Position numbers and translations under genes: made by a program. DNA of 64,000 bases from a virus, in IMG/VR virus record IMGVR_UViG_3300037247_001602, positions 30,489 through 94,488 of that record. The stretch is one strand, 5' to 3'. The notes below the pieces were generated by a model, which had not been told where the DNA came from, searched no databases, and was given only the letters and a program-made list of their open reading frames with translations. Positions 50,613-61,241 of the stretch are shown piece after piece (position 1 is the first letter of the stretch; each line of letters opens with the position of its first letter).

Positions 50613-53600
50613 CTTCTTTCCTTCTCCTCTCGCGGCTCATCTCATCAACCTGGGATTTGAGTTTGCTTTCCGCCAATTGGTTGGCAATTTCCTTCTCTTT
50701 CTTTCGCTGTTTTATCTCCAGACCTAGCAGTTCATGCGCGATATTCCAGGAAGTTCTGGCGATCATTTTAACAGGTTCAGCGAAGTCTTGCTGTAGATAT
50801 TTTGCCGCCACTGCTGGCACTACGGCCTTTATAAACCCCGTTCTCATCTCGGACAAGAGCCTTGGACTATGTTCTTCAGTCATCATGGTACTCCCGCTGC
50901 TGATTTAATGCGCTGAATAATACCAGCGACAGTTCCAATAAAGTAGTAGGCCGACTCGTCATGATCCACTCGGAAAATCTGGTGGTTTCCTGCCTTTTGG
51001 GCAAGTTCTAATCCTTCTTCGAATAGCCCGACTTCATTTACTCTGTCCTCAGAGTCGAATTGCACCCATGCATCCGCAATTTCCCATAATTCTAGAGATG
51101 CATCAGAGAGAATCTGTCGTCTGTCTAGATCTCTCAGTAATTTATCCAATTGTGGATTTGTTTTCATATTCCCTCCCAGCTAAAAGGGAGCGGATGCTCC
51201 CTGGGAAACTATGGATTAACCGCAGCTTTTTCCAAGATCTTGTGATAGCGAATTCCTGCTCTGGCGGAGATTGGAGACTTTCCCCAACCAACTCGCAGGA
51301 CATTGTAGACGTATTCGATTTGGATCGTTCCGTAGCGGTAGCGCCAGTATGCCTCGTGCCACCCATCCCCTTTGGGGTCATCGGAGTCATCGGCCAGTTC
51401 GGAGTCATCGCCCGCATCGGCGCGGGCCAGGAGACTGAATTCTTGTTCGCTCCTCCAACTGATTGTGCGTTCGAACTGTCTCGCAGTATCCAGAGTCCGG
51501 CAGGCCTCGAACCCCTCGATAGATCCCTCCAGTTTTGCTCCCTCGAACTCTTGTTTCACGCTGGCGATTCCCTCGGTGATGAGGATCTCTTTAAGCGCTT
51601 CAAGTGTCATTATGAGTTTCCCCCGTAGGTGCCTGTCTGTAGATAAACATCTTTTCACGGAAAAGATTGTCACCAAGCACCATACTATATTCAAGAATGT
51701 CGAGTTCTGGCGTGGCCTCGACAGTGCTGAAAACCAGATCCTGGAATTGCTTGGCATCGGTAAAAGCTTTGCATCGCGCATCTCTTTCGATGAGGGCGGT
51801 GATCAGCGCAATGAGTTTGATTCCTCCGCTATTGCCGTCAACGATTTGGAGGATCAGTTTCGCAAGATCCTGTTCCTTTTCCTGTGGCATCGTAAATCCT
51901 CCTTTCGTCAGGGCTTAGAGATGATCTGGTGAGTCCGTGTTCTTTGTATACGAACTGAGCGAGCTGTCCGAGTTCCCGTTCAACGTCCTTGAGGGTGATT
52001 GGATGGTCAACAGCCTCTTGAGTAACGGCAGCAATTGCTGCATCTTCACCATGCCTCTCCTCGATGGCCTCAGCGGCTATTATGGCCCTGTGGTAATCGA
52101 TCATCTCCGGATCATCCCCGAGCTTCCTGATGAGATCCGCCATATTGTCTTCGTCATGACTTTCGAGGAATCTAGCGCAGACCTCGAAAGCCTCCCGTAG
52201 AGACTTGCCCTGGTGGACACAGGCAGCACAGACAAAATCTGCCGCGAAGATCCCATCTAAAGGAGTAGCGTTTTCCACAAAATGCCCGCAAGGAAGCTTG
52301 GGGTGTCTATTGATTGAATCAACGGCTTCCTCCTTTTCTTCCTCCGGGCTATCAGAGTTTTTAAGAGCCATCTTCCACAACCTCCTTGTCTCGGTGAACA
52401 TGTTAACTTCTCCACTCTACTTATACCCCTAAAGCGGAGGGTTCTTGAGCGATTCGGCCAATCTGATTCTCCAAATATTATATCCCTGCGCCCATTTCTT
52501 TCCTTCGCCGCCCAGAAGGACTACCTCACAGAACAACGGCGGCTTCGGGGCTTCTAATGCGATTTGGACGATTTCCTTCAGGACCTCATACTCTCTAGCG
52601 CCAGCATCTTCTACGGCGAAAGAGAGTCTTGCCCGCAGACCTGTGAGAGCAGAATGCATTGGGCCATCGGCGAGTCCGTTTTCGTCGAGTGTCATAGCCA
52701 TAAGTGCGGCGATCTTCTCCAGTTCCTCCTGGACTTTAATAATGACTGCCCGGTGCAAGTCCCAGGGTTTAGGAGCCTTGTCGCCACTGCATTTGAGGCA
52801 GATCCCTCCACGATGCCATGTGGTGCCGCCGCCAGAGCAAAAAGTACATTTATCCATGATCTCTGTTCCATCGCCCCAGCAAGTAAGGCAAGATTTCGAG
52901 GCATATGACACACCATGAGGGCAAGTAGGAAATTGCACTTCAGCTTTTAGAAGCTCTATTTCCTCCTCCTTGCGCTGCAGTGATAGTTCTAATTCTCGGA
53001 TCTCTTCCATCGCACACTCTTTGTCCGAAGTCGTAGGTTCTGTCGAAGACTTGGATTCTTGATTCAATGTCATCAATCACCTCCGTTCGGATGGGAATCC
53101 ACTCTAGTGGTTTGCCCATAACGGCCTCGTAGAAGCGCCTCTCGATTAACAAATCATCGTATACCAGCGTCAGGAAGGATGTCAGTGACCTGATATGGGG
53201 TAGAGTGCGTGAGTCCTGAATAGTAAGCAGCTTCATCTCTTCTATAGAGTGAACAAGACCCAATCCTTTCTTCAAGTCGTCCATGAGAAGATTCAACAAC
53301 TTTCCCAATCTAGCCAATTGGGCGTAGGCTTCGTCTCTCTCCTTGATGATGTTCGTGATGTTCCTCGGATGCTTGGGGTAGCCGTCCAACCGGGTGAATT
53401 CGACGGCCCATTCTAGATCTGCTTCTAGTTTTTTGATTTTCGTCCTCAGCTTATCGTTCTCAGCATTCAGATTTTTGATAACAACTCTGCTATATTGGTC
53501 TGGATCAGATCCGTCATTATCAGGAAGCCAATCATGAACTGGCTCTAGCTTATCAGATTCTGGCATTACTTCTCCTTTGTCAGGCCTGGGACTACTTCCG

Positions 53601-55457
53601 CGAGGCTGGCAACATGTTTGAAAACCTTCCTGCCAGGCATTGCCGCCCACAAATGGTACTTATCCGCGTCTGTGAAATAGTTCCAGCCTCTTTTAATCGT
53701 CATGGTCGATACAAGTGTTGGGGAATCGAAGGTAACAAGGTAATCCGGCTTCTTCTGGCGTCTCTTTTCCGGATGAACTTTGCTTGCGTACACTGAAGAG
53801 GCAATGAAACGGTGTGCACTATTCCCATTGATGAAGATTTTTCTCCCTTGGAGATTCCTCAGGAAGTTAACTACTTTAATGCTGCGAAGACTTCTGAAGT
53901 ACGTGCCGAGCTGATAGATGATGGCGAGCTTAACAACGAATACCCACGGCATTGGGGAAGTCCCTTCGCTTGCTGTTTTTATCAGTGCCGCCCTACGTAT
54001 GATGGAACTTCTTTTGTCAAATATTGTTGCAAGATCTACCCGGAACATGAAGAGAGATAGACTCTTGTCTACCCGAACTGAGACCTCGACTACGTTTTCT
54101 CGCATAGTATTGTTCGCGAGAAACCCCCGATCTATATTTGGACCCACATATTCGATTTCGGGAAGCGGTTCATGGTAGTTATCCGTCATATATTCCAGCA
54201 TTCTTAAATATTGAGTCAGGGTATCGTGATGCATCTCGACGCTTCTTTTGAAATGTAGGGCGGGACGTACCATTTCCCCGCCAAGCTGCTTGTGATAGTC
54301 CTTTCCCTTCATAAGAGTTTTGGTTAGATTCTTCTTGCTTTGTTCGATGAGGTCACGGGTGCGTTGCATGTCTTTGCTGAGATCTTTGCGGCACCTTCTG
54401 AGCAATTCGCCGTAAGTAATCATGATCTACCTCCACGCCCTCCTTATACCTAAAGAAAGGGCGCAGGCCCTTTCAGAGATGCGATACGATGAACCGGGCA
54501 ATCACCCCTTCCCAGGTCACGACATGGCGATGCTTGGCCACTGGGAGATTCTCGAAGTTATGCAGTATATATTTTAGTTCATCGCCACCAGCCTGGACCT
54601 TCTCGACGAACTCGACGAGTACTCCCGAGGCAGCAACTGGCAAAGATTCGCCCACATGCCATTCGTATGTTTTCCCCGATCGATCTATAATGACAAGCAT
54701 GCTAGTCTCCCTTCAGTTGTGCGAGTGATTGTCCCTCAAACGGCCACACCACTTCTCCCGGATTGTCGGCCTCGTATGCTCGTGCGCATTCGAAGCAAGG
54801 ATGTTCCCAATACCCATTGTCGTTCAGTTCGCCGCTGCCGAATGTCAAACCGCTAACAACTCCTGTACTCACGCCACATTCTGGATTTCCGCAAGCCGCT
54901 CCAGTTGCAGTCCGCTCCGTCTGTTCACACTGATGACAGCGCGGCTTGGATGCATTATACAAACCGCAATAGTTACAGGTATATTCGTTGTCGCCCGGAT
55001 GCTGCTTAACCCACTCGCAGACACAATCAAAACCAAGGCTGGGATTGCCGCATGTGCAGTTTGCCATTGGAGTTCCTCCTTCTCCCGGCAAAGTTAATCG
55101 TTCTACTACTCTTATACCTAAAAAAAGCCGGGATCAGATTGAATCCCGGCTTTGGCATTTAACGTGCAGATACCCATTTGCCCTTACGAAGCCGCGCAAG
55201 AATCTTGCAGCACCAGTAATTCTTCTCGTCATGTGTTGTCTGTATCCTGGGCCTTCGCCACGTCAACCAAAACGTTCCTGCAATCGCCTGTAGCCACACG
55301 CAGTTCTTCGGCAACAAGTTTTCGATATTTTCAAAATCCGCCTGCTTGTCCCATTTGACGGTCTTCTGATGCCGCCAATTGTGATAGTACCTCCTGAATG
55401 CTTCACGTAACTTTTTCGACAGTCGTATTTTACTCATTCTCCATTCCTCTTGTTGGG

Positions 55458-55769
55458 CTACCACTCGTCCCAACCTCGCAGTTCGTGGGGCTTCTGACAG
55501 TACGCAGACGTACACGTCCACGTGTGCTCACGGAACTCCCACCTGCGGCAAGGATCGTCGCTCGTGTAGGTCACAGCACGATACGAACCTTCGTAGCAGT
55601 AGTACGTGTATTTAACTCTACTATAAGAGGTTTCCCTTATGTCTGTCATTGTCTCATCGGGAGCGCCGTAGGGCGGGTAAGGTACATCATCTCGTTTGCA
55701 GTTCTTGCAGCCCCCAGCAGCGAGACCAAGGATGAGGATTACGCTGATCTTTAATCGTGTTTTACTCAT
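55458..55769 (-). CDS. Cys-rich lipoprotein
   Basis: MSKTRLKISVILILGLAAGGC signal peptide and lipobox. Confidence 0.55.
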   Translation of the reverse strand: MSKTRLKISVILILGLAAGGCKNCKRDDVPYPPYGAPDETMTDIRETSYSRVKYTYYCYEGSYRAVTYTSDDPCRRWEFREHTWTCTSAYCQKPHELRGWDEW

Positions 55770-56298
55770 TTGTCATTTTCCTTGCTTGGTAAATGGCAGG
55801 AGGGGCAAGAGCTTCAATTCATCAAACAGCTTCCAAGACTTCGTTCTCAGTAATAAGGCGTGTATGTTGCACCATCCGAACTCTCACGACCTGAAATTTA
55901 TGCCTCACGCGCTGCATATGTTTCTTATGGAAGCCAGGATCGAATGTATCCCACGCCCCCTGGTCATCGAGTTGTTTTGCTCGCTTTAGGGCCTTCAGTG
56001 CATACTTGATGTCATGCCACCCATGCCGCCCTGTGTGTCGAAATGTATACTCAAAATCATCATGAGCCCTCGGGGCTTTGTATCTGGGGTAGCCGTCCTT
56101 GTCGCAGGTAGACGGGTCTACGGCCTCGGCCCATGAATCCGGTCCGCAATCAAACCAGCCCTTAGCATCAGGTCCTTTTGCCCATTCAAACGGGCTGTCT
56201 GGATAGCCCCACTCTTTGGTTTCACGCTCAAGTTGCCATTGAAGGACGTAGATCGTATATTCCCCGTCAAGCATCGGCATCTCTCCTCGTCTGGTAAA

Positions 56299-56388
56299 TG
56301 GCGGAGCAGGAGGGAATCGAACCCACAGCCCCTTTCAGGGCAACAGTTTAGCAAACTGCCCCAGCTAACCAATATCTGGCTCTACTCC
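56299..56388 (-). tRNA. tRNA-Ser(GCT)
   Basis: Cloverleaf; anticodon arm CAGTT-TGCTA-AACTG; long variable arm; G73; CCA. Confidence 0.9.
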
Positions 56389-56599
56389 TAACTGTCTATC
56401 GGGTAGATTTCATCCACGAGCCGTTTCGCCCTCGTATGAGTCCGGAACCTGTTCTTTTCAAGAAGGAACTGTCCATCTGCCCCCTTGATGAGCCACTGTC
56501 CGGCAAGGCGATACACAATGATACCATCGGATCGGACGAAGATGTTCTTGCTTTTGCGATCCCACGGCCCGCAGCCATTAGTTCCATTAGTCTTCATAT

Positions 56600-57031
56600 C
56601 TATCTCCCTGTTGAGCCAAACCCTGCATCTCCTCGTGAGGGACTTGTAGGTCTCTCGGAGATCTCGTGCACGCCCATCTCGTAAACGGGCTTAGGTACGG
56701 CCTGAGCAATCCTATCACCAATGTGGACTTCAAACACCTCTTTGCCAAGATTCACGAGCATAACCTTCACATCGCCCGTGTAGGTTTGATCGATTGTTCC
56801 AGGCGCATTGATTACTGTGATCCCCCTCGCAGCCATACCGCTACGGGGACGTATCTGCACCTCCCAGGCACGAGGAAGTTGCAATACGATTCCAGTAGAT
56901 ATGATCTCTACTTCCCCAGGATCTATGAATCGATGTTCAACAGAATAAAGATCGTAACCAGAATCAGTTGGATGAGATTTTGCTGGCACTTTGGCCTTAG
57001 AATGAGCCAGGAATACTCCGATTGATCTCAT
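56600..57031 (-). CDS. dut: trimeric dUTPase
   Basis: SGYDL, RPRSG, GTIDQTYTG, RIAQ, RGDAGFGSTG; ATG at 57031 follows AGGAG. Confidence 0.95.
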   Translation of the reverse strand: MRSIGVFLAHSKAKVPAKSHPTDSGYDLYSVEHRFIDPGEVEIISTGIVLQLPRAWEVQIRPRSGMAARGITVINAPGTIDQTYTGDVKVMLVNLGKEVFEVHIGDRIAQAVPKPVYEMGVHEISERPTSPSRGDAGFGSTGR

Positions 57032-57046
57032 AACGACTCCTTGAAA

Positions 57047-57138
57047 TGGCGGAGAGCAAGAGAATCGAACTCTCAGCCCATGTTTCAGGGCACCTGTTCT
57101 CCAAACAGGCCCGGCGAACCAATATCCGGCTACTCTCC
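57047..57138 (-). tRNA. tRNA-Ser(GGA)
   Basis: CCTGT-TTGGAGA-ACAGG; long variable arm; CCA. Confidence 0.9.
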
Positions 57139-57147
57139 TCCGTAGAT

Positions 57148-57199
57148 GAACCACAGAATCCTGGCGCCAAGTGTCCGAGTCATGTCGAGCCAAGATTTT
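57148..57199 (-). ncRNA. structured element family B, copy 1
   Basis: Minus strand AAAATCTTGGCTCG...CTTGGCGCCAGGATTCTGTGGTTC; ends pair; repeated at 57401. Confidence 0.4.
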
Positions 57200-57400
57200 C
57201 TATTTATAACTCGTAACCGTGCAAGGCCATTGGTATGCCTCATCACTTACTCTCCTCTTTTGTCCCAGTCGTCTGGATGCCAAATGAAGAAAAGAATCCC
57301 TGCACCGAGAGACTTGGTATCTCGCCAGCGAAAATAGATGCCGCATATGATATTCCATCTGTCACGAGTATCTAGTTTCATCTGTTCACTCTCCATACAA

Positions 57401-57473
57401 GAACCACAGAATCCCGGCGCCGAGCGAATTAGCGGATCTCCAGCATATACTGATCATTGCGAGCCAAGACTTC
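57401..57473 (-). ncRNA. structured element family B, copy 2
   Basis: Minus strand GAAGTCTTGGCTCG...CTCGGCGCCGGGATTCTGTGGTTC. Confidence 0.4.
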
Positions 57474-57768
57474 AAACCGTTTTCAGCGTGTGGATGTTTC
57501 CTCGCATAATGATCCACTAGCCTACGATCGAGCGTCTTTTGCATGATTGTCTCCGCTGAGGATTCTTCTCCTCCGGAATATGTGCATTTTGCCGCATACG
57601 CATCTTACCATGTTTATCCTTAGGGACATTGGCGCGAGAAAACCCCCACACCTAGTACAGGAACCCCCTCGTGAGGCGTTGGAAATAATGCCCGCAGGAC
57701 AGAAGTCACCAATTATGTAGATGAATCTGTGTAGCATGATTCCGAGAGTCATGGGAATCCCCTAAAAA

Positions 57769-57854
57769 TGGCGGAGCTGGAGGGACTCGAACCCCCGAGG
57801 CATTGCTGCCCACCTATTTTCAAAATAGGCCCCTCGTCCAGCCGGACCAGCTCC
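57769..57854 (-). tRNA. tRNA-Ser(TGA)
   Basis: CCTAT-TTTGAAA-ATAGG; long variable arm; CCA. Confidence 0.9.
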
Positions 57855-58786
57855 TCATAGCCCCCCTGGAATCGTAAATCCATCTACCTTGCGGACTTCT
57901 ATTATATCCGAATAAACAAATTCCGCTCGGCACTGATAGCATCTGTCATGGGCGTTCAGTACGGAGCCTGTCTTTCTCACCATCAGCAAAGGCCCTATGC
58001 GGCAAACTGGACATATTGATGCAAGCCTACCTCCACTGTATCTTTGTAGTTCGCCATGTTTGACAATGACGACTTCAGCGTCTAGCCCCATCTGGAAGTA
58101 GTGAATCGATCTTCCTACGCTCATCGTATATGGCATCCTTCCATGGTTTCAACGGCGCCGATATTCATATCGAAGAATGTGCAGATCACGAATCGATTTC
58201 TCCTCATTTGATCTGCGGGGAAAGCGCATCTTACAAAATTGCACTGTAAGAATTCACAATTGGTCACTTTGCTTAGGTCTACATCTGTGAAATGGCATGT
58301 GTCAATTCCCATCAGGTTCAATACAATTTTACCGCCAGTGAATGATCCATTGCTAAAAAGGCCACACTCATAGAAGTCTACGAGTTTTGCTCCTAGTGTA
58401 TTCATCTCTTCTCCGGTGGCGCCACTTCGCCCACTCCTGATTCCAGCACGGTTCCGCAGTGGGAGCAAAGGAAGAAGAAGGGGGAGGTTTTCGATGGGAG
58501 ATGCATTCCCCTGGGTGCTAGCATATGGACATTCTTTTCACAATGTGGGCAATAGCTCTTTTCTGCCTTTTGGAGAGCATAGTCGCTAAGATCGATGAGA
58601 TGTGTTTCTTGAAGAACCTCTTTGCAGGTAGCGATCATGAGTTTCCTGTTCTTTTCTGGGACATTCTTCCAGGCGACAGCCGACTCATCACGAGTCTTAT
58701 ACCCATATCTAGACGCTAAGCGCTCGTATATCCCGTGAAACTTCTTTGCTAGTTCTCCTGGCGTCATTATTTTCTCCTCCCAGAGA

Positions 58787-58875
58787 TGGCGGAAGCGGGG
58801 AGAGTCGAACTCCCAAGGCCTATTAAGCTCGTCCGGTTTCGAACCGGGTGCCGTCGCCAATCGGCTTGCGCTTCC
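58787..58875 (-). tRNA. tRNA-Ser(CGA)
   Basis: CCGG-TTCGAAA-CCGG; long variable arm; CCA. Confidence 0.9.
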
Positions 58876-59046
58876 ATCCCTCAAAGATCAGGCTCAGGCG
58901 GATATGGGAATTTCATCCATTTGCTTTGGTAGTAGTCTCTGATCTTTCGCCCATTCTTGGTTCGACGGGCGCGAGGCCTGCCGTGAATGAGCAGGAACAT
59001 CTCGCCCAGGAAGAAATACCAGAAACGAAGGAGGAAGACGATCATG

Positions 59047-59610
59047 CTAATCTCCTACAAAGTTCCGCCACACTTTCCTGCCACCGATCTTAGCCCTGAG
59101 TAGTTTCATCGGTTCAGGTCTAGATGGTGTGCTCCGCAACTTCATGCCTACTTCATCTGGGGTTGCATTGGCCTTGTTCGCGTTACATGGCTCACAGGAC
59201 GTAACACAGTTGTCCCAGGCAGTCTTTCCCCCACGTGACTTTGGTAGGACGTGATCGATCGTCACACGCTCCCTACCAGGCTGGGAGCCGCAGTATTGGC
59301 ACGTGTACTTGTCGCGCTTGAAGATACTGAATTTGGAGTAGTTCATGTGCCTGAGAGGAACTTCACCATACTCAGAGAGTACGACGATCTCTGGCACCTG
59401 GACCGGGTAACTCGGCGTTTTCACGAAAAACTGTCCTTCCTGGACGCCCCGCTCAACCCACTTCCCAAATCTAAATACCTCATAGGTTACAACATCGACA
59501 GCGAACGCCTTGCTCTGGTACATTTTGGTAAGAGCATCAGCGGCGTTGGAGACAGCGACCGGATACCAATTTTTATTCAAAACGAGGACGGATCGTTCTA
59601 AAGCGTTCAT
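59047..59610 (-). CDS. HNH endonuclease
   Basis: VLVLN...IFKRDKYTCQYCG...TIDHVLPKSRGG..WDNCVTSC..CN..K. Confidence 0.92.
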   Translation of the reverse strand: MNALERSVLVLNKNWYPVAVSNAADALTKMYQSKAFAVDVVTYEVFRFGKWVERGVQEGQFFVKTPSYPVQVPEIVVLSEYGEVPLRHMNYSKFSIFKRDKYTCQYCGSQPGRERVTIDHVLPKSRGGKTAWDNCVTSCEPCNANKANATPDEVGMKLRSTPSRPEPMKLLRAKIGGRKVWRNFVGD

Positions 59611-60179
59611 CGGATCTCCTTTTCTCAGGCAGGCTTTTTGCTGTAGTGATTGTAGCCAGCTTCTACGAGGTCCTTGCGAGCTAACTCTAAGATCCACGCA
59701 AGAAAGCCTTCCAGGAACTCATCCTCTTCGGCGTGATCTAGCACGGCTCCTAGCTTCCGCAGATCATCAACCCCGCATCTTTCGCTGGTGCCGCCCTTGA
59801 GTATGCCACGATAGCGACACAAGGCTATCATCATAGGGCCGTTGAGTGTTTCTAGGGGCATTGTCTTTCTCCTTTACAACTGGGCGTTTCTAGGGTTATC
59901 GGATCTCTCCTCCACAACCGCCATCAGCGATATGTTTTCGATACCACTTGGCCCAGGACTTGTAGTTTACCCAATCAGTGTAATCGTGTCCACACTTTGG
60001 GCAGAGTGTTTCTCCTGCTCCTCCGCTCGTCCGCGAGATTTTGAAGTCAGGTGGTCTTGGATCTTTTCTATACCCCTGCCATTCGAAGTTGCATTTTCTG
60101 CAGCGATACCTACAATCAGGAAATTCCTTCCGTTTCTTCTTCTTTTTTCTAGCCACTCATGTGGTTCTCCCTAAGGTAA

Positions 60180-60262
60180 TGCGAGTGGAGGGATTCGAAC
60201 CCTCATGCCCGAAGGCAACGGATTTTAAGTCCGTCGTGTATGCCAGATTCCACCACACCCGC
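60180..60262 (-). tRNA. tRNA-Leu(TAA)
   Basis: ACGGA-CTTAAAA-TCCGT; long variable arm; A73; no encoded CCA. Confidence 0.9.
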
Positions 60263-60446
60263 TTATGTTTTCACATCATCAACATGTTGCTCGACGATAT
60301 AAATGGCTTCGTGTTGTTTTGCGACTTCCCTCTCAAAGGCTTCGTTCTGATCGAGAAGATCTGCTTCGAGTGCATTTTCGCGAGCCAGATCGAGAACGAC
60401 TACCAAAGCTTCTGCCAATGTCATTGTGATCTCCCTGAATTAGAGA

Positions 60447-60530
60447 TGGTAGGACGGGACGGAGTTGAACCGCCACAGCCGAAGCGTCGCGTTTACAGCG
60501 CGGTGGGCTCTCCACATGCCCAGCCGTCCC
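60447..60530 (-). tRNA. tRNA-Tyr(GTA)
   Basis: CGCG-CTGTAAA-CGCG; long variable arm; ACCA. Confidence 0.88.
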
Positions 60531-60534
60531 ATAA

Positions 60535-60625
60535 CCGGGATCGTAGCATCGCAAGCCACCCATTATTGGTGGTCCGCATTTTCCGCCTATTTATGACGGC
60601 TGCGTTTTTAATGCGGCTCCCCCGG
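60535..60625 (-). ncRNA. structured RNA family A, unit 1
   Basis: CCGGG-GGAGCCGC...GCGATGCTACGAT-CCCGG. Confidence 0.65.
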
Positions 60626-60635
60626 AAATATAAAA

Positions 60636-60718
60636 CAGGATCATAGCATCGCCGAGGCCATAGGTTCAGCCCCTCAGCTCCTCCCGGTTAGAGCCGGGTA
60701 CTACGGGCGGCTCCCCTG
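60636..60718 (-). ncRNA. structured RNA family A, unit 2
   Basis: CAGG-GGAGCCGC...GCGATGCTATGAT-CCTG. Confidence 0.65.
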
Positions 60719-60726
60719 ATGTTTTC

Positions 60727-60827
60727 AGCTCAGATCATAGCATCGCGGCATTGGCAGTTTCAGGCCACCAATGTTTGTCCTGGTCGCGTCGGGGTATAAG
60801 CCCGATGACCTGGCGGCTCCCTGAGCT
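60727..60827 (-). ncRNA. structured RNA family A, unit 3
   Basis: AGCTCAG-GGAGCCGC...GCGATGCTATGAT-CTGAGCT. Confidence 0.65.
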
Positions 60828-60839
60828 TTGTTTCCTTAG

Positions 60840-60923
60840 TACGGGTGACTGGATTCGAACCAGCATGAGCTAAGCTCACAGCGCCCTTAACGCTGCGCGT
60901 CTACCAAGTTCCGCCACACCCGC
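60840..60923 (-). tRNA. tRNA-Leu(AAG)
   Basis: CAGCG-TTAAGGG-CGCTG; Leu-type D and variable arms; A73. Confidence 0.85.
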
Positions 60924-60930
60924 ATTATAC

Positions 60931-61197
60931 TTACTGGTCCTCGCCGTCGCCCTCTTCTGATTCAGTCATAGCGTCAGCCCAAGGGCCTTCGGCTGGAATC
61001 AGCATAATCATGGGGACCATTTCTTCCTGTGCTTGCCCGTCAGGATCAATTCCAGATGGTTCTTTAGTTTCCATCTCCTCGATGACAATCTCTTCGGAGT
61101 AAAGAAACTCGTCATCCGAATCTTTCCCGCAGGGGACACCTATCTCAATATGGTCCGGATACTTCTCAAGTGCTTCAATGAGATCTCGTTTTGTCAT
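60931..61197 (-). CDS. acidic hypothetical protein
   Basis: Begins MTKRDLIEALEKYPD; GGAG RBS; promoter motif at 61227. Confidence 0.7.
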   Translation of the reverse strand: MTKRDLIEALEKYPDHIEIGVPCGKDSDDEFLYSEEIVIEEMETKEPSGIDPDGQAQEEMVPMIMLIPAEGPWADAMTESEEGDGEDQ

Positions 61198-61241
61198 GGT
61201 CAGACTCCGGTATGATTCCTATTTGAATTATACCAGAAAGC

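Noticed and set aside
57032-57193. N-terminal extension of dUTPase (and similar ORF extensions over tRNAs, e.g. to 58884)
   Set aside because: It overlaps a tRNA gene, and an RBS-preceded start exists downstream.
60683-60698. Amber suppressor tRNA or alternative genetic code
   Set aside because: The CUCUAA loop is only 6 nt and has no cloverleaf around it. TAG, TGA and TAA all end genes at sensible positions, and long ORFs are intact in the standard code.
60535-60827. CRISPR or TIGR-type array
   Set aside because: The conserved parts are two short blocks (8 and 13 nt) flanking structured 60-70 nt interiors. There is no 25-45 nt direct repeat, no box C/D periodicity and no cas-like gene in the window.
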